Source: Eledone cirrhosa
Lineage: Eukaryota
Assembly (NCBI GenBank): GCA_964016885.1
Contig: OZ024752.1
Span: forward strand, 18,476,001-18,540,000
DNA: 64,000 bases
Direction of reading: 5' to 3'
The notes under the pieces: model-generated
What the model was told of the DNA's origin: nothing
The model's database searches: none
What the model saw: the letters and a program-made list of their open reading frames with translations, nothing else
Shown: one piece after another, positions 15,001-30,000 of the stretch
Numbering within the stretch: position 1 is the stretch's first letter
Layout of the letters: the number at the start of each line of letters is the position of its first letter
Translations under genes and position numbers: made by a program

Positions 15001-18000
15001 GGTAACACCCCTTATCTCAGCTTCTAATGCTGGAGATGTATTACAGCGTTAACTGTTCACTACCAGTGAACTGAGGTAACATCACTTATCTCAGCTTCTA
15101 ACACTAGAGATGTATTACAGTGTTAACTGTTCACTACCAGTGAACTGAGGTAACACCCCTTATCTCAGCTTCTAATGCTGGAGATGTATTACAGTGTTAA
15201 CTGTTCACTACCAGTGAACTGAGGTAACACCCCTTATCTCAGCTTCTAATGCTGGAGATGTATTACAGTGTTAACTGTTCACTACCAGTGAACTGAGGTA
15301 ACACCCCTTATCTCAGCTTCTAACACTGGAGATGTATTACAGTGTTAACTGTTCACTACCAGTGAACTGAGGTAACACCCCTTATCTCAGCTTCTAACAC
15401 TGGAGATGTATTACAGTGTTAGTTGTTCACTACCAGTGAACTGAGGTAACACCCCTTATCTCAGCTTCTAACACTGGAGATGTATTACAGTGTTAACTGT
15501 TCACTACCAGTTAACTGAGGTTACACCCCTTATCTCAGCTTCTAATGCTGGAGGTGTATTACAGTGTTAACTGTTCACTACCAGTGAACTGAGGTAACAC
15601 CCCTTATCTCAGCTTCTAATGCTGGAGATGTATTACAGTGTTAGCTGTTCACTACCAGTGAACTGAGGTAACATCCCTTATCTCAGCTTCTAACACTAGA
15701 GATGTATTACAGTGTTAACTGTTCACTACCAGTGAACTGAGGTAACACCCCTTATCTCAGCTTCTAATGCTGGAGATGTATTACAGCGTTAACTGTTCAC
15801 TACCAGTGAACTGAGGTAACACCCCTTATCTCAGCATCTCACACTAGATATGTATTTAAGTGTTAACTGTTCACTACCAGTGAACTGAGGTAACACCCCT
15901 TATCTCAGCTTCTAACACTAGAGATGTATTACAGTGTTAACTGTTCACTACCAGTGAACTGAGGTAACACCCCTTATCTCAGCTTCTAACACTGGAGATG
16001 TATTACAGTGTTAGCTGTTCACTACCAGTGAACTGAGGTAACACCCCTTATCTCAGCTTCTAACACTGGAGATGTATTACAGTGTTAACTGTTCACTACC
16101 AGTGAACTGAGGTAACACCCCTTATCTCAGCTTCTAACACTGGAGATGTATTACAGTGTTAGTTGTTCACTACCAGTGAACTGAGGTAACACCCCTTATC
16201 TCAGCTTCTAATGCTGGAGATGTATTACAGCGTTAACTGTTCACTACAAGTGAACTGAGGTAACACCCCTTATCTCAGCTTCTAACACTGGAGATGTATT
16301 ACAGTGTTAACTGTTCACTACCAGTGAACTGAGGTAACACCCCTTATCTCAGCTTCTAATGCTGGAGATGTATTACAGCGTTAACTGTTCACTACCAGTG
16401 AACTGAGGTTACACCCCTTATCTCAGCTTCTAACACTAGAGATGTATTACAGTGTTAACTGTTCACTACCAGTGAACTGAGGTAACACCCCTTATCTCAG
16501 CTTCTAATGCTGGAGATGTATTACAGTGTTAGCTGTTCAATACCAGTGGACTGAGGTAACACCCCTTATCTCAGCTTCTAACACTAGTGATGTATTACAG
16601 TGTTAACTGTTCACTACTAGTGAACTGAGGTAACACCCCTTATCTCAGCTTCTAACACTGGAGATGTATTACAGTGTTAACTGTTTACTACCAGTGAACT
16701 GAGGTAACACCCCTTATCTCAGCTTCTAATGCTGGAGATGTATTACAGTTTTAAGTGTTCACTACCCGTGAACTGAGGTAACAACCCTTATCTCAGCTTC
16801 TAACACTAGTGATGTATTACAGTGTTAACTGTTCACTACAAGTGAACTGAGGTAACACCCCTTATCTCAGCTTCTAATGCTGGAGGTGTATTACAGTGTT
16901 AACTGTTCACTACCAGTGAACTGAGGTAACACCCCTTATCTCAGCTTCTAATGCTGGAGATGTATTACAGTGTTAGCTGTTCACTACCAGTGAACTGAGG
17001 TAACATCCCTTATCTCAGCTTCTAACACTAGAGATGTATTACAGTGTTAACTGTTCACTACCAGTGAACTGAGGTAACACCCCTTATCTCAGCTTCTAAT
17101 GCTGGAGATGTATTACAGCGTTAACTGTTCACTACCAGTGAACTGAGGTAACACCCCTTATCTCAGCATCTCACACTAGATATGTATTTAAGTGTTAACT
17201 GTTCACTACCAGTGAACTGAGGTAACACCCCTTATCTCAGCTTCTAACACTAGAGATGTATTACAGTGTTAACTGTTCACTACCAGTGAACTGAGGTAAC
17301 ACCCCTTATCTCAGCTTCTAACACTGGAGATGTATTACAGTGTTAGCTGTTCACTACCAGTGAACTGAGGTAACACCCCTTATCTCAGCTTCTAACACTG
17401 GAGATGTATTACAGTGTTAACTGTTCACGACCAGTGAACTGAGGTAACACCCCTTATCTCAGCTTCTAACACTGGAGATGTATTACAGTGTTAGTTGTTC
17501 ACTACCAGTGAACTGAGGTAACACCCCTTATCTCAGCTTCTAATGCTGGAGATGTATTACAGCGTTAACTGTTCACTACAAGTGAACTGAGGTAACACCC
17601 CTTATCTCAGCTTCTAACACTGGAGATGTATTACAGTGTTAACTGTTCACTACCAGTGAACTGAGGTAACACCCCTTATCTCAGCTTCTAATGCTGGAGA
17701 TGTATTACAGCGTTAACTGTTCACTACCAGTGAACTGAGGTTACACCCCTTATCTCAGCTTCTAACACTAGAGATGTATTACAGTGTTAACTGTTCACTA
17801 CCAGTGAACTGAGGTAACACCCCTTATCTCAGCTTCTAATGCTGGAGATGTATTACAGTGTTAGCTGTTCAATACCAGTGGACTGAGGTAACACCCCTTA
17901 TCTCAGCTTCTAACACTAGTGATGTATTACAGTGTTAACTGTTCACTACTAGTGAACTGAGGTAACACCCCTTATCTCAGCTTCTAACACTGGAGATGTA

Positions 18001-21000
18001 TTACAGTGTTAACTGTTTACTACCAGTGAACTGAGGTAACACCCCTTATCTCAGCTTCTAATGCTGGAGATGTATTACAGTTTTAAGTGTTCACTACCCG
18101 TGAACTGAGGTAACAACCCTTATCTCAGCTTCTAACACTAGTGATGTATTACAGTGTTAACTGTTCACTACAAGTGAACTGAGGTAACACCCCTTATCTC
18201 AGCTTTTAACACTGGAGATGTATTACAGTGTTAGCTGTTCACTACCAGTGAACTGAGGTAACACCCCTTATCTCAGCTTCTAACACTGGAGATGTATTAC
18301 AGTGTTAACTGTTCACTACCAGTGAACTGAGGTAACACCCCTTATCTCAGCTTCTAACACTGGAGATGTATTACAGTGTTAACTGTTCACTACCAGTGAA
18401 CTGAGGTAACACCCCTTATCTCAGCTTCTAACACTGGAGATGTATTACAGCGTTAACTGTTCACTACAAGTGAACTGAGGTAACACCCCTTATATCAGCT
18501 TCTAACACTGGAGATGTATTACAGTGTTAACTGTTCACTACCAGTGAACTGAGGTAACACCCCTTATCTCAGCTTCTAATGCTGGAGATGTATTACAGCG
18601 TTAACTGTTCACTACCAGTGAACTGAGGTAACATCACTTATCTCAGCTTCTAACACTAGAGATGTATTACAGTGTTAACTGTTCACTACCAGTGAACTGA
18701 GGTAACACCCCTTATCTCAGCTTCTAATGCTGGAGATGTATTACAGTGTTAACTGTTCACTACCAGTGAACTGAGGTAACACCCCTTATCTCAGCTTCTA
18801 ATGCTGGAGATGTATTACAGTGTTAACTGTTCACTACCAGTGAACTGAGGTAACACCCCTTATCTCAGCTTCTAATGCTGGAGATGTATTACAGTGTTAA
18901 CTGTTCACTACCAGTGAACTGAGGTAACACCCCTTATCTCAGCTTCTAACACTAGAGATGTATTACAGTGTTAGCTGTTCACTACCGGTGAACTGAGGTA
19001 ACACCCTTTATCTCAGCTTCTAACACTGGAGATGTATTACAGTGTTAGCTGTTCACTACCAGTGAACTGAGGTTTCACCCCTTATCTCAGCTTCTAACAC
19101 TAGAGATGTATTACAGTGTTAACTGTTCACTACCAGTGAACTGAGGTAACACCCCTTATCTCAGCTTCTAACACTAGAGATGTATTACAGTGTTAACTGT
19201 TCACTACCAGTGAACTGAGGTAACACCCCTTATCTCAGCTTCTAACACTGGAGATGTATTACAGTGTTAACTGTTCACTACCAGTTAACTGAGGTTACAC
19301 CCCTTATCTCAGCTTCTAATGCTGGAGGTGTATTACAGTGTTAACTGTTCACTACCAGTGAACTGAGGTAACACCCCTTATCTCAGCTTCTAATGCTGGA
19401 GATGTATTACAGTGTTAGCTGTTCACTACCAGTGAACTGAGGTAACATCCCTTATCTCAGCTTCTAACACTAGAGATGTATTACAGTGTTAACTGTTCAC
19501 TACCAGTGAACTGAGGTAACACCCCTTATCTCAGCTTCTAACACTAGAGATGTATTACAGTGTTAACTGTTCACTACCAGTGAACTGAGGTAACACCCCT
19601 TATCTCAGCTTCTAACACTGGAGATGTATTACAGTGTTAGCTGTTCACTACCAGTGAACTGAGGTAACACCCCTTATCTCAGCTTCTAACACTGGAGATG
19701 TATTACAGTGTTAACTGTTCACTACCAGTGAACTGAGGTAACACCCCTTATCTCAGCTTCTAACACTGGAGATGTATTACAGTGTTAGTTGTTCACTACC
19801 AGTGAACTGAGGTAACACCCCTTATCTCAGCTTCTAATGCTGGAGATGTATTACAGCGTTAACTGTTCACTACAAGTGAACTGAGGTAACACCCCTTATC
19901 TCAGCTTCTAACACTGGAGATGTATTACAGTGTTAACTGTTCACTACCAGTGAACTGAGGTAACACCCCTTATCTCAGCTTCTAATGCTGGAGATGTATT
20001 ACAGCGTTAACTGTTCACTACCAGTGAACTGAGGTTACACCCCTTATCTCAGCTTCTAACACTAGAGATGTATTACAGTGGTAACTGTTCACTACCACCG
20101 AACTGAGGTAACACCCCTTATCTCAGCTTCTAATGCTGGAGATGTATTACAGTGTTAACTGTTCACTACCAGTGAACTGAGGTAACATCCCTTATCTCAG
20201 CTTCTAACACTAGAGATGTATTACAGTGTTAACTGTTCACTACCAGTGAACTGAGGTAACACCCCTTATCTCAGCTTCTAATGCTGGAGATGTATTACAG
20301 TGTTAGCTGTTCACTACCAGTGGACTGAGGTAACACCCCTTATCTCAGCTTCTAACACTAGTGATGTATTACAGTGTTAACTGTTCACTACCTGTGAACT
20401 GAGGTAACACCCCTTATCTCAGCTTCTAACACTGGAGATGTATTACAGTGTTAACTGTTTACTACCAGTGAACTGAGGTAACACCCCTTATCTCAGCTTC
20501 TAATGCTGGAGATGTATTACAGTGTTAAGTGTTCACTACCCGTGAACTGAGGTAACAACCCTTATCTCAGCTTCTAACACTAGAGATGTATTACAGTGTT
20601 AACTGTTCACTACAAGTGAACTGAGGTAACACCCCTTATCTCAGCTTTTAACACTGGAGATGTATTACAGTGTTAGCTGTTCACTACCAGTGAACTGAGG
20701 TAACACCCCTTATCTCAGCTTCTAACACTGGAGATGTATTACAGTGTTAACTGTTCACTACCAGTGAACTGAGGTAACACCCCTTATCTCAGCTTCTAAC
20801 ACTGGAGATGTATTACAGTGTTAACTGTTCACTACCAGTGAACTGAGGTAACACCCCTTATCTCAGCTTCTAACACTGGAGATGTATTACAGCGTTAACT
20901 GTTCACTACAAGTGAACTGAGGTAACACCCCTTATATCAGCTTCTAACACTGGAGATGTATTACAGTGTTAACTGTTCACTACCAGTGAACTGAGGTAAC

Positions 21001-24000
21001 ACCCCTTATCTCAGCTTCTAATGCTGGAGATGTATTACAGCGTTAACTGTTCACTACCAGTGAACTGAGGTAACATCCCTTATCTCAGCTTCTAACACTA
21101 GAGATGTATTACAGTGTTAACTGTTCACTACCAGTGAACTGAGGTAACACCCCTTATCTCAGCTTCTAATGCTGGAGATGTATTACAGCGTTAACTGTTC
21201 ACTACCAGTGGACTGAGGTAACACCCCTTATCTCAGCTTCTAACACTAGTGATGTATTACAGTGTTAACTGTTCACTACCAGTGAACTGAGGTAACACCC
21301 CTTATCTCAGCTTCTAACACTGGAGATGTATTACAGTGTTAACTGTTTACTACCAGTGAACTGAGGTAACACCCCTTATCTCAGCTTCTAATGCTGGAGA
21401 TGTATTACAGTGTTAAGTGTTCACTACCAGTGAACTGAGGTAACACCCCTTATCTCAGCTTCTAACACTAGAGATGTATTACAGTGTTAACTGTTCACTA
21501 CAAGTGAACTGAGGTAACACCCCTTATCTCAGCTTCTAACACTGGAGATGTATTACAGTGTTAACTGTTCACTGCCGGTGAACTGAGGTAACACCCCGTA
21601 TCTCAGCTTCTAACACTCGAGATGTATTACAGTGTTAACTGTTCACTACCAGTGAACTGAGGTAACACCCCTTATCTCAGCTTCTAACACTAGAGATGTA
21701 TTACAGTGTTAGCTGTTCACTACCAGTGAACTGAGGTAACACCCCTTATCTCAGCTTCTAACACTAGAGATGTATTACAGTGTTAACTGTTCACTACCAG
21801 TGAACTGAGGTAACACCCCTTATCTCAGCTTCTAACACTAGAGATGTATTACAGTGTTAACTATTCACTACAAGTGACCTGAGGTAACACCCCTTATCTC
21901 AGCTTCTAACACTGGAGATGTATTACAGTGTTAACTGTTCACTACAAGTGACCTGAGGTAACACCCCTTATCTCAGCTTCTAACACTGGAGATGTATTAC
22001 AGTGTTAACTGTTCACTACCAGTGAACTGAGGTAACACCCCTTATCTCAGCTTCTAACACTAGAGATGTATTACAGTGTTAGCTGTTCACTGCCAGTGAA
22101 CTGAGGTAACATCCCTTATCTCAGCTTCTAACACTAGAGATGTATTACAGTGTTAACTGTTCACTACCAGTGAACTGAGGTAACACCCCTTATCTCAGCT
22201 TCTAACACTAGAGATGTATTACAGTGTTAACTGTTCACTACAAGTGACCTGAGGTAACACACCTTATCTCAGCTTCTACTACTGGAGATGTATAACAGTG
22301 TTAACTGTTCACTGCCAGTGAACTGAGGTAACATCCCTTATCTCAGCTTCTAACACTAGAGATGTATTACAGTGTTAACTGTTCACTACCAGTGAACTGA
22401 GGTTACACCCCTTATCTCAGCTTCTAACACTAGAGATGTATTACAGTGTTAACTGTTCACTACCAGTGAACTGAGGTAACACCCCTTATCTCAGCTTCTA
22501 ATGCTGGAGATGTATTACAGTGTTAGCTGTTCAATACCAGTGGACTGAGGTAACACCCCTTATCTCAGCTTCTAACACTAGTGATGTATTACAGTGTTAA
22601 CTGTTCACTACTAGTGAACTGAGGTAACACCCCTTATCTCAGCTTCTAACACTGGAGATGTATTACAGTGTTAACTGTTTACTACCAGTGAACTGAGGTA
22701 ACACCCCTTATCTCAGCTTCTAATGCTGGAGATGTATTACAGTTTTAAGTGTTCACTACCCGTGAACTGAGGTAACAACCCTTATCTCAGCTTCTAACAC
22801 TAGAGATGTATTACAGTGTTAACTGTTCACTACAAGTGAACTGAGGTAACACCCCTTATCTCAGCTTTTAACACTGGAGATGTATTACAGTGTTAGCTGT
22901 TCACTACCATTGAACTGAGGTAACACCCCTTATCTCAGCTTCTAACACTGGAGATGTATTACAGTGTTAACTGTTCACTACCAGTGAACTGAGGTAACAC
23001 CCCTTATCTCAGCTTCTAACACTGGAGATGTATTACAGTGTTAACTGTTCACTACCAGTGAACTGAGGTAACACCCCTTATCTCAGCTTCTAACACTGGA
23101 GATGTATTACAGCGTTAACTGTTCACTACAAGTGAACTGAGGTAACACCCCTTATATCAGCTTCTAACACTGGAGATGTATTACAGTGTTAACTGTTCAC
23201 TGCCAGTGAACTGAGGTAACACCCCTTATCTCAGCTTCTAATGCTGGAGATGTATTACAGCGTTAACTGTTCACTACCAGTGAACTGAGGTAACATCACT
23301 TATCTCAGCTTCTAACACTAGAGATGTATTACAGTGTTAACTGTTCACTACCAGTGAACTGAGGTAACACCCCTTATCTCAGCTTCTAATGCTGGAGATG
23401 TATTACAGTGTTAACTGTTCACTACCAGTGAACTGAGGTAACACCCCTTATCTCAGCTTCTAATGCTGGAGATGTATTACAGTGTTAACTGTTCACTACC
23501 AGTGAACTGAGGTAACACCCCTTATCTCAGCTTCTAATGCTGGAGATGTATTACAGTGTTAACTGTTCACTACCAGTGAACTGAGGTAACACCCCTTATC
23601 TCAGCTTCTAACACTAGAGATGTATTACAGTGTTAGCTGTTCACTACCGGTGAACTGAGGTAACACCCTTTATCTCAGCTTCTAACACTGGAGATGTATT
23701 ACAGTGTTAGCTGTTCACTACCAGTGAACTGAGGTTTCACCCCTTATCTCAGCTTCTAACACTAGAGATGTATTACAGTGTTAACTGTTCACTACCAGTG
23801 AACTGAGGTAACACCCCTTATCTCAGCTTCTAACACTAGAGATGTATTACAGTGTTAACTGTTCACTACCAGTGAACTGAGGTAACACCCCTTATCTCAG
23901 CTTCTAACACTGGAGATGTATTACAGTGTTAACTGTTCACTACCAGTTAACTGAGGTTACACCCCTTATCTCAGCTTCTAATGCTGGAGGTGTATTACAG

Positions 24001-27000
24001 TGTTAACTGTTCACTACCAGTGAACTGAGGTAACACCCCTTATCTCAGCTTCTAATGCTGGAGATGTATTACAGTGTTAGCTGTTCACTACCAGTGAACT
24101 GAGGTAACATCCCTTATCTCAGCTTCTAACACTAGAGATGTATTACAGTGTTAACTGTTCACTACCAGTGAACTGAGGTAACACCCCTTATCTCAGCTTC
24201 TAACACTAGAGATGTATTACAGTGTTAACTGTTCACTACCAGTGAACTGAGGTAACACCCCTTATCTCAGCTTCTAACACTGGAGATGTATTACAGTGTT
24301 AGCTGTTCACTACCAGTGAACTGAGGTAACACCCCTTATCTCAGCTTCTAACACTGGAGATGTATTACAGTGTTAGTTGTTCACTACCAGTGAACTGAGG
24401 TAACACCCCTTATCTCAGCTTCTAATGCTGGAGATGTATTACAGCGTTAACTGTTCACTACAAGTGAACTGAGGTAACACCCCTTATCTCAGCTTCTAAC
24501 ACTGGAGATGTATTACAGTGTTAACTGTTCACTACCAGTGAACTGAGGTAACACCCCTTATCTCAGCTTCTAATGCTGGAGATGTATTACAGCGTTAACT
24601 GTTCACTACCAGTGAACTGAGGTTACACCCCTTATCTCAGCTTCTAACACTAGAGATGTATTACAGTGGTAACTGTTCACTACCACCGAACTGAGGTAAC
24701 ACCCCTTATCTCAGCTTCTAATGCTGGAGATGTATTACAGTGTTAACTGTTCACTACCAGTGAACTGAGGTAACATCCCTTATCTCAGCTTCTAACACTA
24801 GAGATGTATTACAGTGTTAACTGTTCACTACCAGTGAACTGAGGTAACACCCCTTATCTCAGCTTCTAATGCTGGAGATGTATTACAGTGTTAGCTGTTC
24901 ACTACCAGTGGACTGAGGTAACACCCCTTATCTCAGCTTCTAACACTAGTGATGTATTACAGTGTTAACTGTTCACTACCAGTGAACTGAGGTAACACCC
25001 CTTATCTCAGCTTCTAACACTGGAGATGTATTACAGTGTTAACTGTTTACTACCAGTGAACTGAGGTAACACCCCTTATCTCAGCTTCTAATGCTGGAGA
25101 TGTATTACAGTGTTAAGTGTTCACTACCCGTGAACTGAGGTAACAACCCTTATCTCAGCTTCTAACACTAGAGATGTATTACAGTGTTAACTGTTCACTA
25201 CAAGTGAACTGAGGTAACACCCCTTATCTCAGCTTTTAACACTGGAGATGTATTACAGTGTTAGCTGTTCACTACCAGTGAACTGAGGTAACACCCCTTA
25301 TCTCAGCTTCTAACACTGGAGATGTATTACAGTGTTAACTGTTCACTACCAGTGAACTGAGGTAACACCCCTTATCTCAGCTTCTAACACTGGAGATGTA
25401 TTACAGTGTTAACTGTTCACTACCAGTGAACTGAGGTAACACCCCTTATCTCAGCTTCTAACACTGGAGATGTATTACAGCGTTAACTGTTCACTACAAG
25501 TGAACTGAGGTAACACCCCTTATATCAGCTTCTAACACTGGAGATGTATTACAGTGTTAACTGTTCACTACCAGTGAACTGAGGTAACACCCCTTATCTC
25601 AGCTTCTAATGCTGGAGATGTATTACAGCGTTAACTGTTCACTACCAGTGAACTGAGGTAACATCCCTTATCTCAGCTTCTAACACTAGAGATGTATTAC
25701 AGTGTTAACTGTTCACTACCAGTGAACTGAGGTAACACCCCTTATCTCAGCTTCTAATGCTGGAGATGTATTACAGCGTTAACTGTTCACTACCAGTGGA
25801 CTGAGGTAACACCCCTTATCTCAGCTTCTAACACTAGTGATGTATTACAGTGTTAACTGTTCACTACCAGTGAACTGAGGTAACACCCCTTATCTCAGCT
25901 TCTAACACTGGAGATGTATTACAGTGTTAACTGTTTACTACCAGTGAACTGAGGTAACACCCCTTATCTCAGCTTCTAATGCTGGAGATGTATTACAGTG
26001 TTAAGTGTTCACTACCAGTGAACTGAGGTAACACCCCTTATCTCAGCTTCTAACACTAGAGATGTATTACAGTGTTAACTGTTCACTACAAGTGAACTGA
26101 GGTAACACCCCTTATCTCAGCTTCTAACACTGGAGATGTATTACAGTGTTAACTGTTCACTGCCGGTGAACTGAGGTAACACCCCGTATCTCAGCTTCTA
26201 ACACTCGAGATGTATTACAGTGTTAACTGTTCACTACCAGTGAACTGAGGTAACACCCCTTATCTCAGCTTCTAACACTAGAGATGTATTACAGTGTTAG
26301 CTGTTCACTACCAGTGAACTGAGGTAACACCCCTTATCTCAGCTTCTAACACTAGAGATGTATTACAGTGTTAACTGTTCACTACCAGTGAACTGAGGTA
26401 ACACCCCTTATCTCAGCTTCTAACACTAGAGATGTATTACAGTGTTAACTATTCACTACAAGTGACCTGAGGTAACACCCCTTATCTCAGCTTCTAACAC
26501 TGGAGATGTATTACAGTGTTAACTGTTCACTACAAGTGACCTGAGGTAACACCCCTTATCTCAGCTTCTAACACTGGAGATGTATTACAGTGTTAACTGT
26601 TCACTACCAGTGAACTGAGGTAACACCCCTTATCTCAGCTTCTAACACTAGAGATGTATTACAGTGTTAGCTGTTCACTGCCAGTGAACTGAGGTAACAT
26701 CCCTTATCTCAGCTTCTAACACTAGAGATGTATTACAGTGTTAACTGTTCACTACCAGTGAACTGAGGTAACACCCCTTATCTCAGCTTCTAACACTAGA
26801 GATGTATTACAGTGTTAACTGTTCACTACAAGTGACCTGAGGTAACACACCTTATCTCAGCTTCTACTACTGGAGATGTATAACAGTGTTAACTGTTCAC
26901 TGCCAGTGAACTGAGGTAACACCCCTTATCTCAGCTTCTAACACTAGAGATGTATTACAGTGTTAACTGTTCACTACAAGTGACCTGAGGTAACACCCCT

Positions 27001-30000
27001 TATCTCAGCTTCTAACACTGGAGATGTATTACAGTGTTAACTGTTCACTACAAGTGACCTGAGGTAACACCCCTTATCTCAGCTTCTAACACTGGAGATG
27101 TATTACAGTGTTAACTGTTCACTACCAGTGAACTGAGGTAACACCCCTTATCTCAGCTTCTTACACTAGAGATGTATTACAGTGTTAGCTGTTCACTGCC
27201 AGTGAACTGAGGTAACACCCCTTATCTCAGCTTCTAACACTAGAGATGTATTACAGTGTTAACTGTTCACTACCAGTGAACTGAGGTAACACCCCTTATC
27301 TCAGCTTCTAATGCTGGAGATGTATTACAGTGTTAACTGTTCACTACCAGTGAACTGAGGTAACACCCATTATCTCAGCTTCTAATGCTGGAGATGTATT
27401 ACAGTGTTAGATGTTCACTACCAGTGAACTGAGGTAACACCCCTTATCTCAGCTTCTAATGCTGGAGATGTATTACAGTGTTAACTGTTCACTACAAGTG
27501 ACCTGAGGTAACACCCCTTATCTCAGCTTCTAACACTGGAGATGTATTACAGTGTTAACTGTTCACTGCCAGTGAACTGAGGTAACACCCCTTATCTCAG
27601 CTTCTAACACTGGAGATGTATTACAGTGTTAACTGTTCACTACCAGTGAACTGAGGTAACATCCCTTATCTCAGCTTCTAACACTAGAGATGTATTACAG
27701 TGTTAGCTGTTCACTACCAGTGAACTGAGGTAACACCCCTTATCTCAGCTTCTAATGCTGGAGATGTATTACAGCGTTAACTGTTCACTACCAGTGAACT
27801 GAGGTAACATCACTTATCTCAGCTTCTAACACTAGAGATGTATTACAGTGTTAACTGTTCACTACCAGTGAACTGAGGTAACACCCCTTATCTCAGCTTC
27901 TAATGCTGGAGATGTATTACAGTGTTAACTGTTCACTACCAGTGAACTGAGGTAACACCCCTTATCTCAGCTTCTAATGCTGGAGATGTATTACAGTGTT
28001 AACTGTTCACTACCAGTGAACTGAGGTAACACCCCTTATCTCAGCTTCTAATGCTGGAGATGTATTACAGTGTTAACTGTTCACTACCAGTGAACTGAGG
28101 TAACACCCCTTATCTCAGCTTCTAACACTAGAGATGTATTACAGTGTTAGCTGTTCACTACCGGTGAACTGAGGTAACACCCTTTATCTCAGCTTCTAAC
28201 ACTGGAGATGTATTACAGTGTTAGCTGTTCACTACCAGTGAACTGAGGTTTCACCCCTTATCTCAGCTTCTAACACTAGAGATGTATTACAGTGTTAACT
28301 GTTCACTACCAGTGAACTGAGGTAACACCCCTTATCTCAGCTTCTAACACTAGAGATGTATTACAGTGTTAACTGTTCACTACCAGTGAACTGAGGTAAC
28401 ACCCCTTATCTCAGCTTCTAACACTGGAGATGTATTACAGTGTTAACTGTTCACTACCAGTTAACTGAGGTTACACCCCTTATCTCAGCTTCTAATGCTG
28501 GAGGTGTATTACAGTGTTAACTGTTCACTACCAGTGAACTGAGGTAACACCCCTTATCTCAGCTTCTAATGCTGGAGATGTATTACAGTGTTAGCTGTTC
28601 ACTACCAGTGAACTGAGGTAACATCCCTTATCTCAGCTTCTAACACTAGAGATGTATTACAGTGTTAACTGTTCACTACCAGTGAACTGAGGTAACACCC
28701 CTTATCTCAGCTTCTAACACTAGAGATGTATTACAGTGTTAACTGTTCACTACCAGTGAACTGAGGTAACACCCCTTATCTCAGCTTCTAACACTGGAGA
28801 TGTATTACAGTGTTAGCTGTTCACTACCAGTGAACTGAGGTAACACCCCTTATCTCAGCTTCTAACACTGGAGATGTATTACAGTGTTAACTGTTCACTA
28901 CCAGTGAACTGAGGTAACACCCCTTATCTCAGCTTCTAACACTGGAGATGTATTACAGTGTTAGTTGTTCACTACCAGTGAACTGAGGTAACACCCCTTA
29001 TCTCAGCTTCTAATGCTGGAGATGTATTACAGCGTTAACTGTTCACTACAAGTGAACTGAGGTAACACCCCTTATCTCAGCTTCTAACACTGGAGATGTA
29101 TTACAGTGTTAACTGTTCACTACCAGTGAACTGAGGTAACACCCCTTATCTCAGCTTCTAATGCTGGAGATGTATTACAGCGTTAACTGTTCACTACCAG
29201 TGAACTGAGGTTACACCCCTTATCTCAGCTTCTAACACTAGAGATGTATTACAGTGGTAACTGTTCACTACCACCGAACTGAGGTAACACCCCTTATCTC
29301 AGCTTCTAATGCTGGAGATGTATTACAGTGTTAACTGTTCACTACCAGTGAACTGAGGTAACATCCCTTATCTCAGCTTCTAACACTAGAGATGTATTAC
29401 AGTGTTAACTGTTCACTACCAGTGAACTGAGGTAACACCCCTTATCTCAGCTTCTAATGCTGGAGATGTATTACAGTGTTAGCTGTTCACTACCAGTGGA
29501 CTGAGGTAACACCCCTTATCTCAGCTTCTAACACTAGTGATGTATTACAGTGTTAACTGTTCACTACCAGTGAACTGAGGTAACACCCCTTATCTCAGCT
29601 TCTAACACTGGAGATGTATTACAGTGTTAACTGTTTACTACCAGTGAACTGAGGTAACACCCCTTATCTCAGCTTCTAATGCTGGAGATGTATTACAGTG
29701 TTAAGTGTTCACTACCCGTGAACTGAGGTAACAACCCTTATCTCAGCTTCTAACACTAGAGATGTATTACAGTGTTAACTGTTCACTACAAGTGAACTGA
29801 GGTAACACCCCTTATCTCAGCTTTTAACACTGGAGATGTATTACAGTGTTAGCTGTTCACTACCAGTGAACTGAGGTAACACCCCTTATCTCAGCTTCTA
29901 ACACTGGAGATGTATTACAGTGTTAACTGTTCACTACCAGTGAACTGAGGTAACACCCCTTATCTCAGCTTCTAACACTGGAGATGTATTACAGTGTTAA

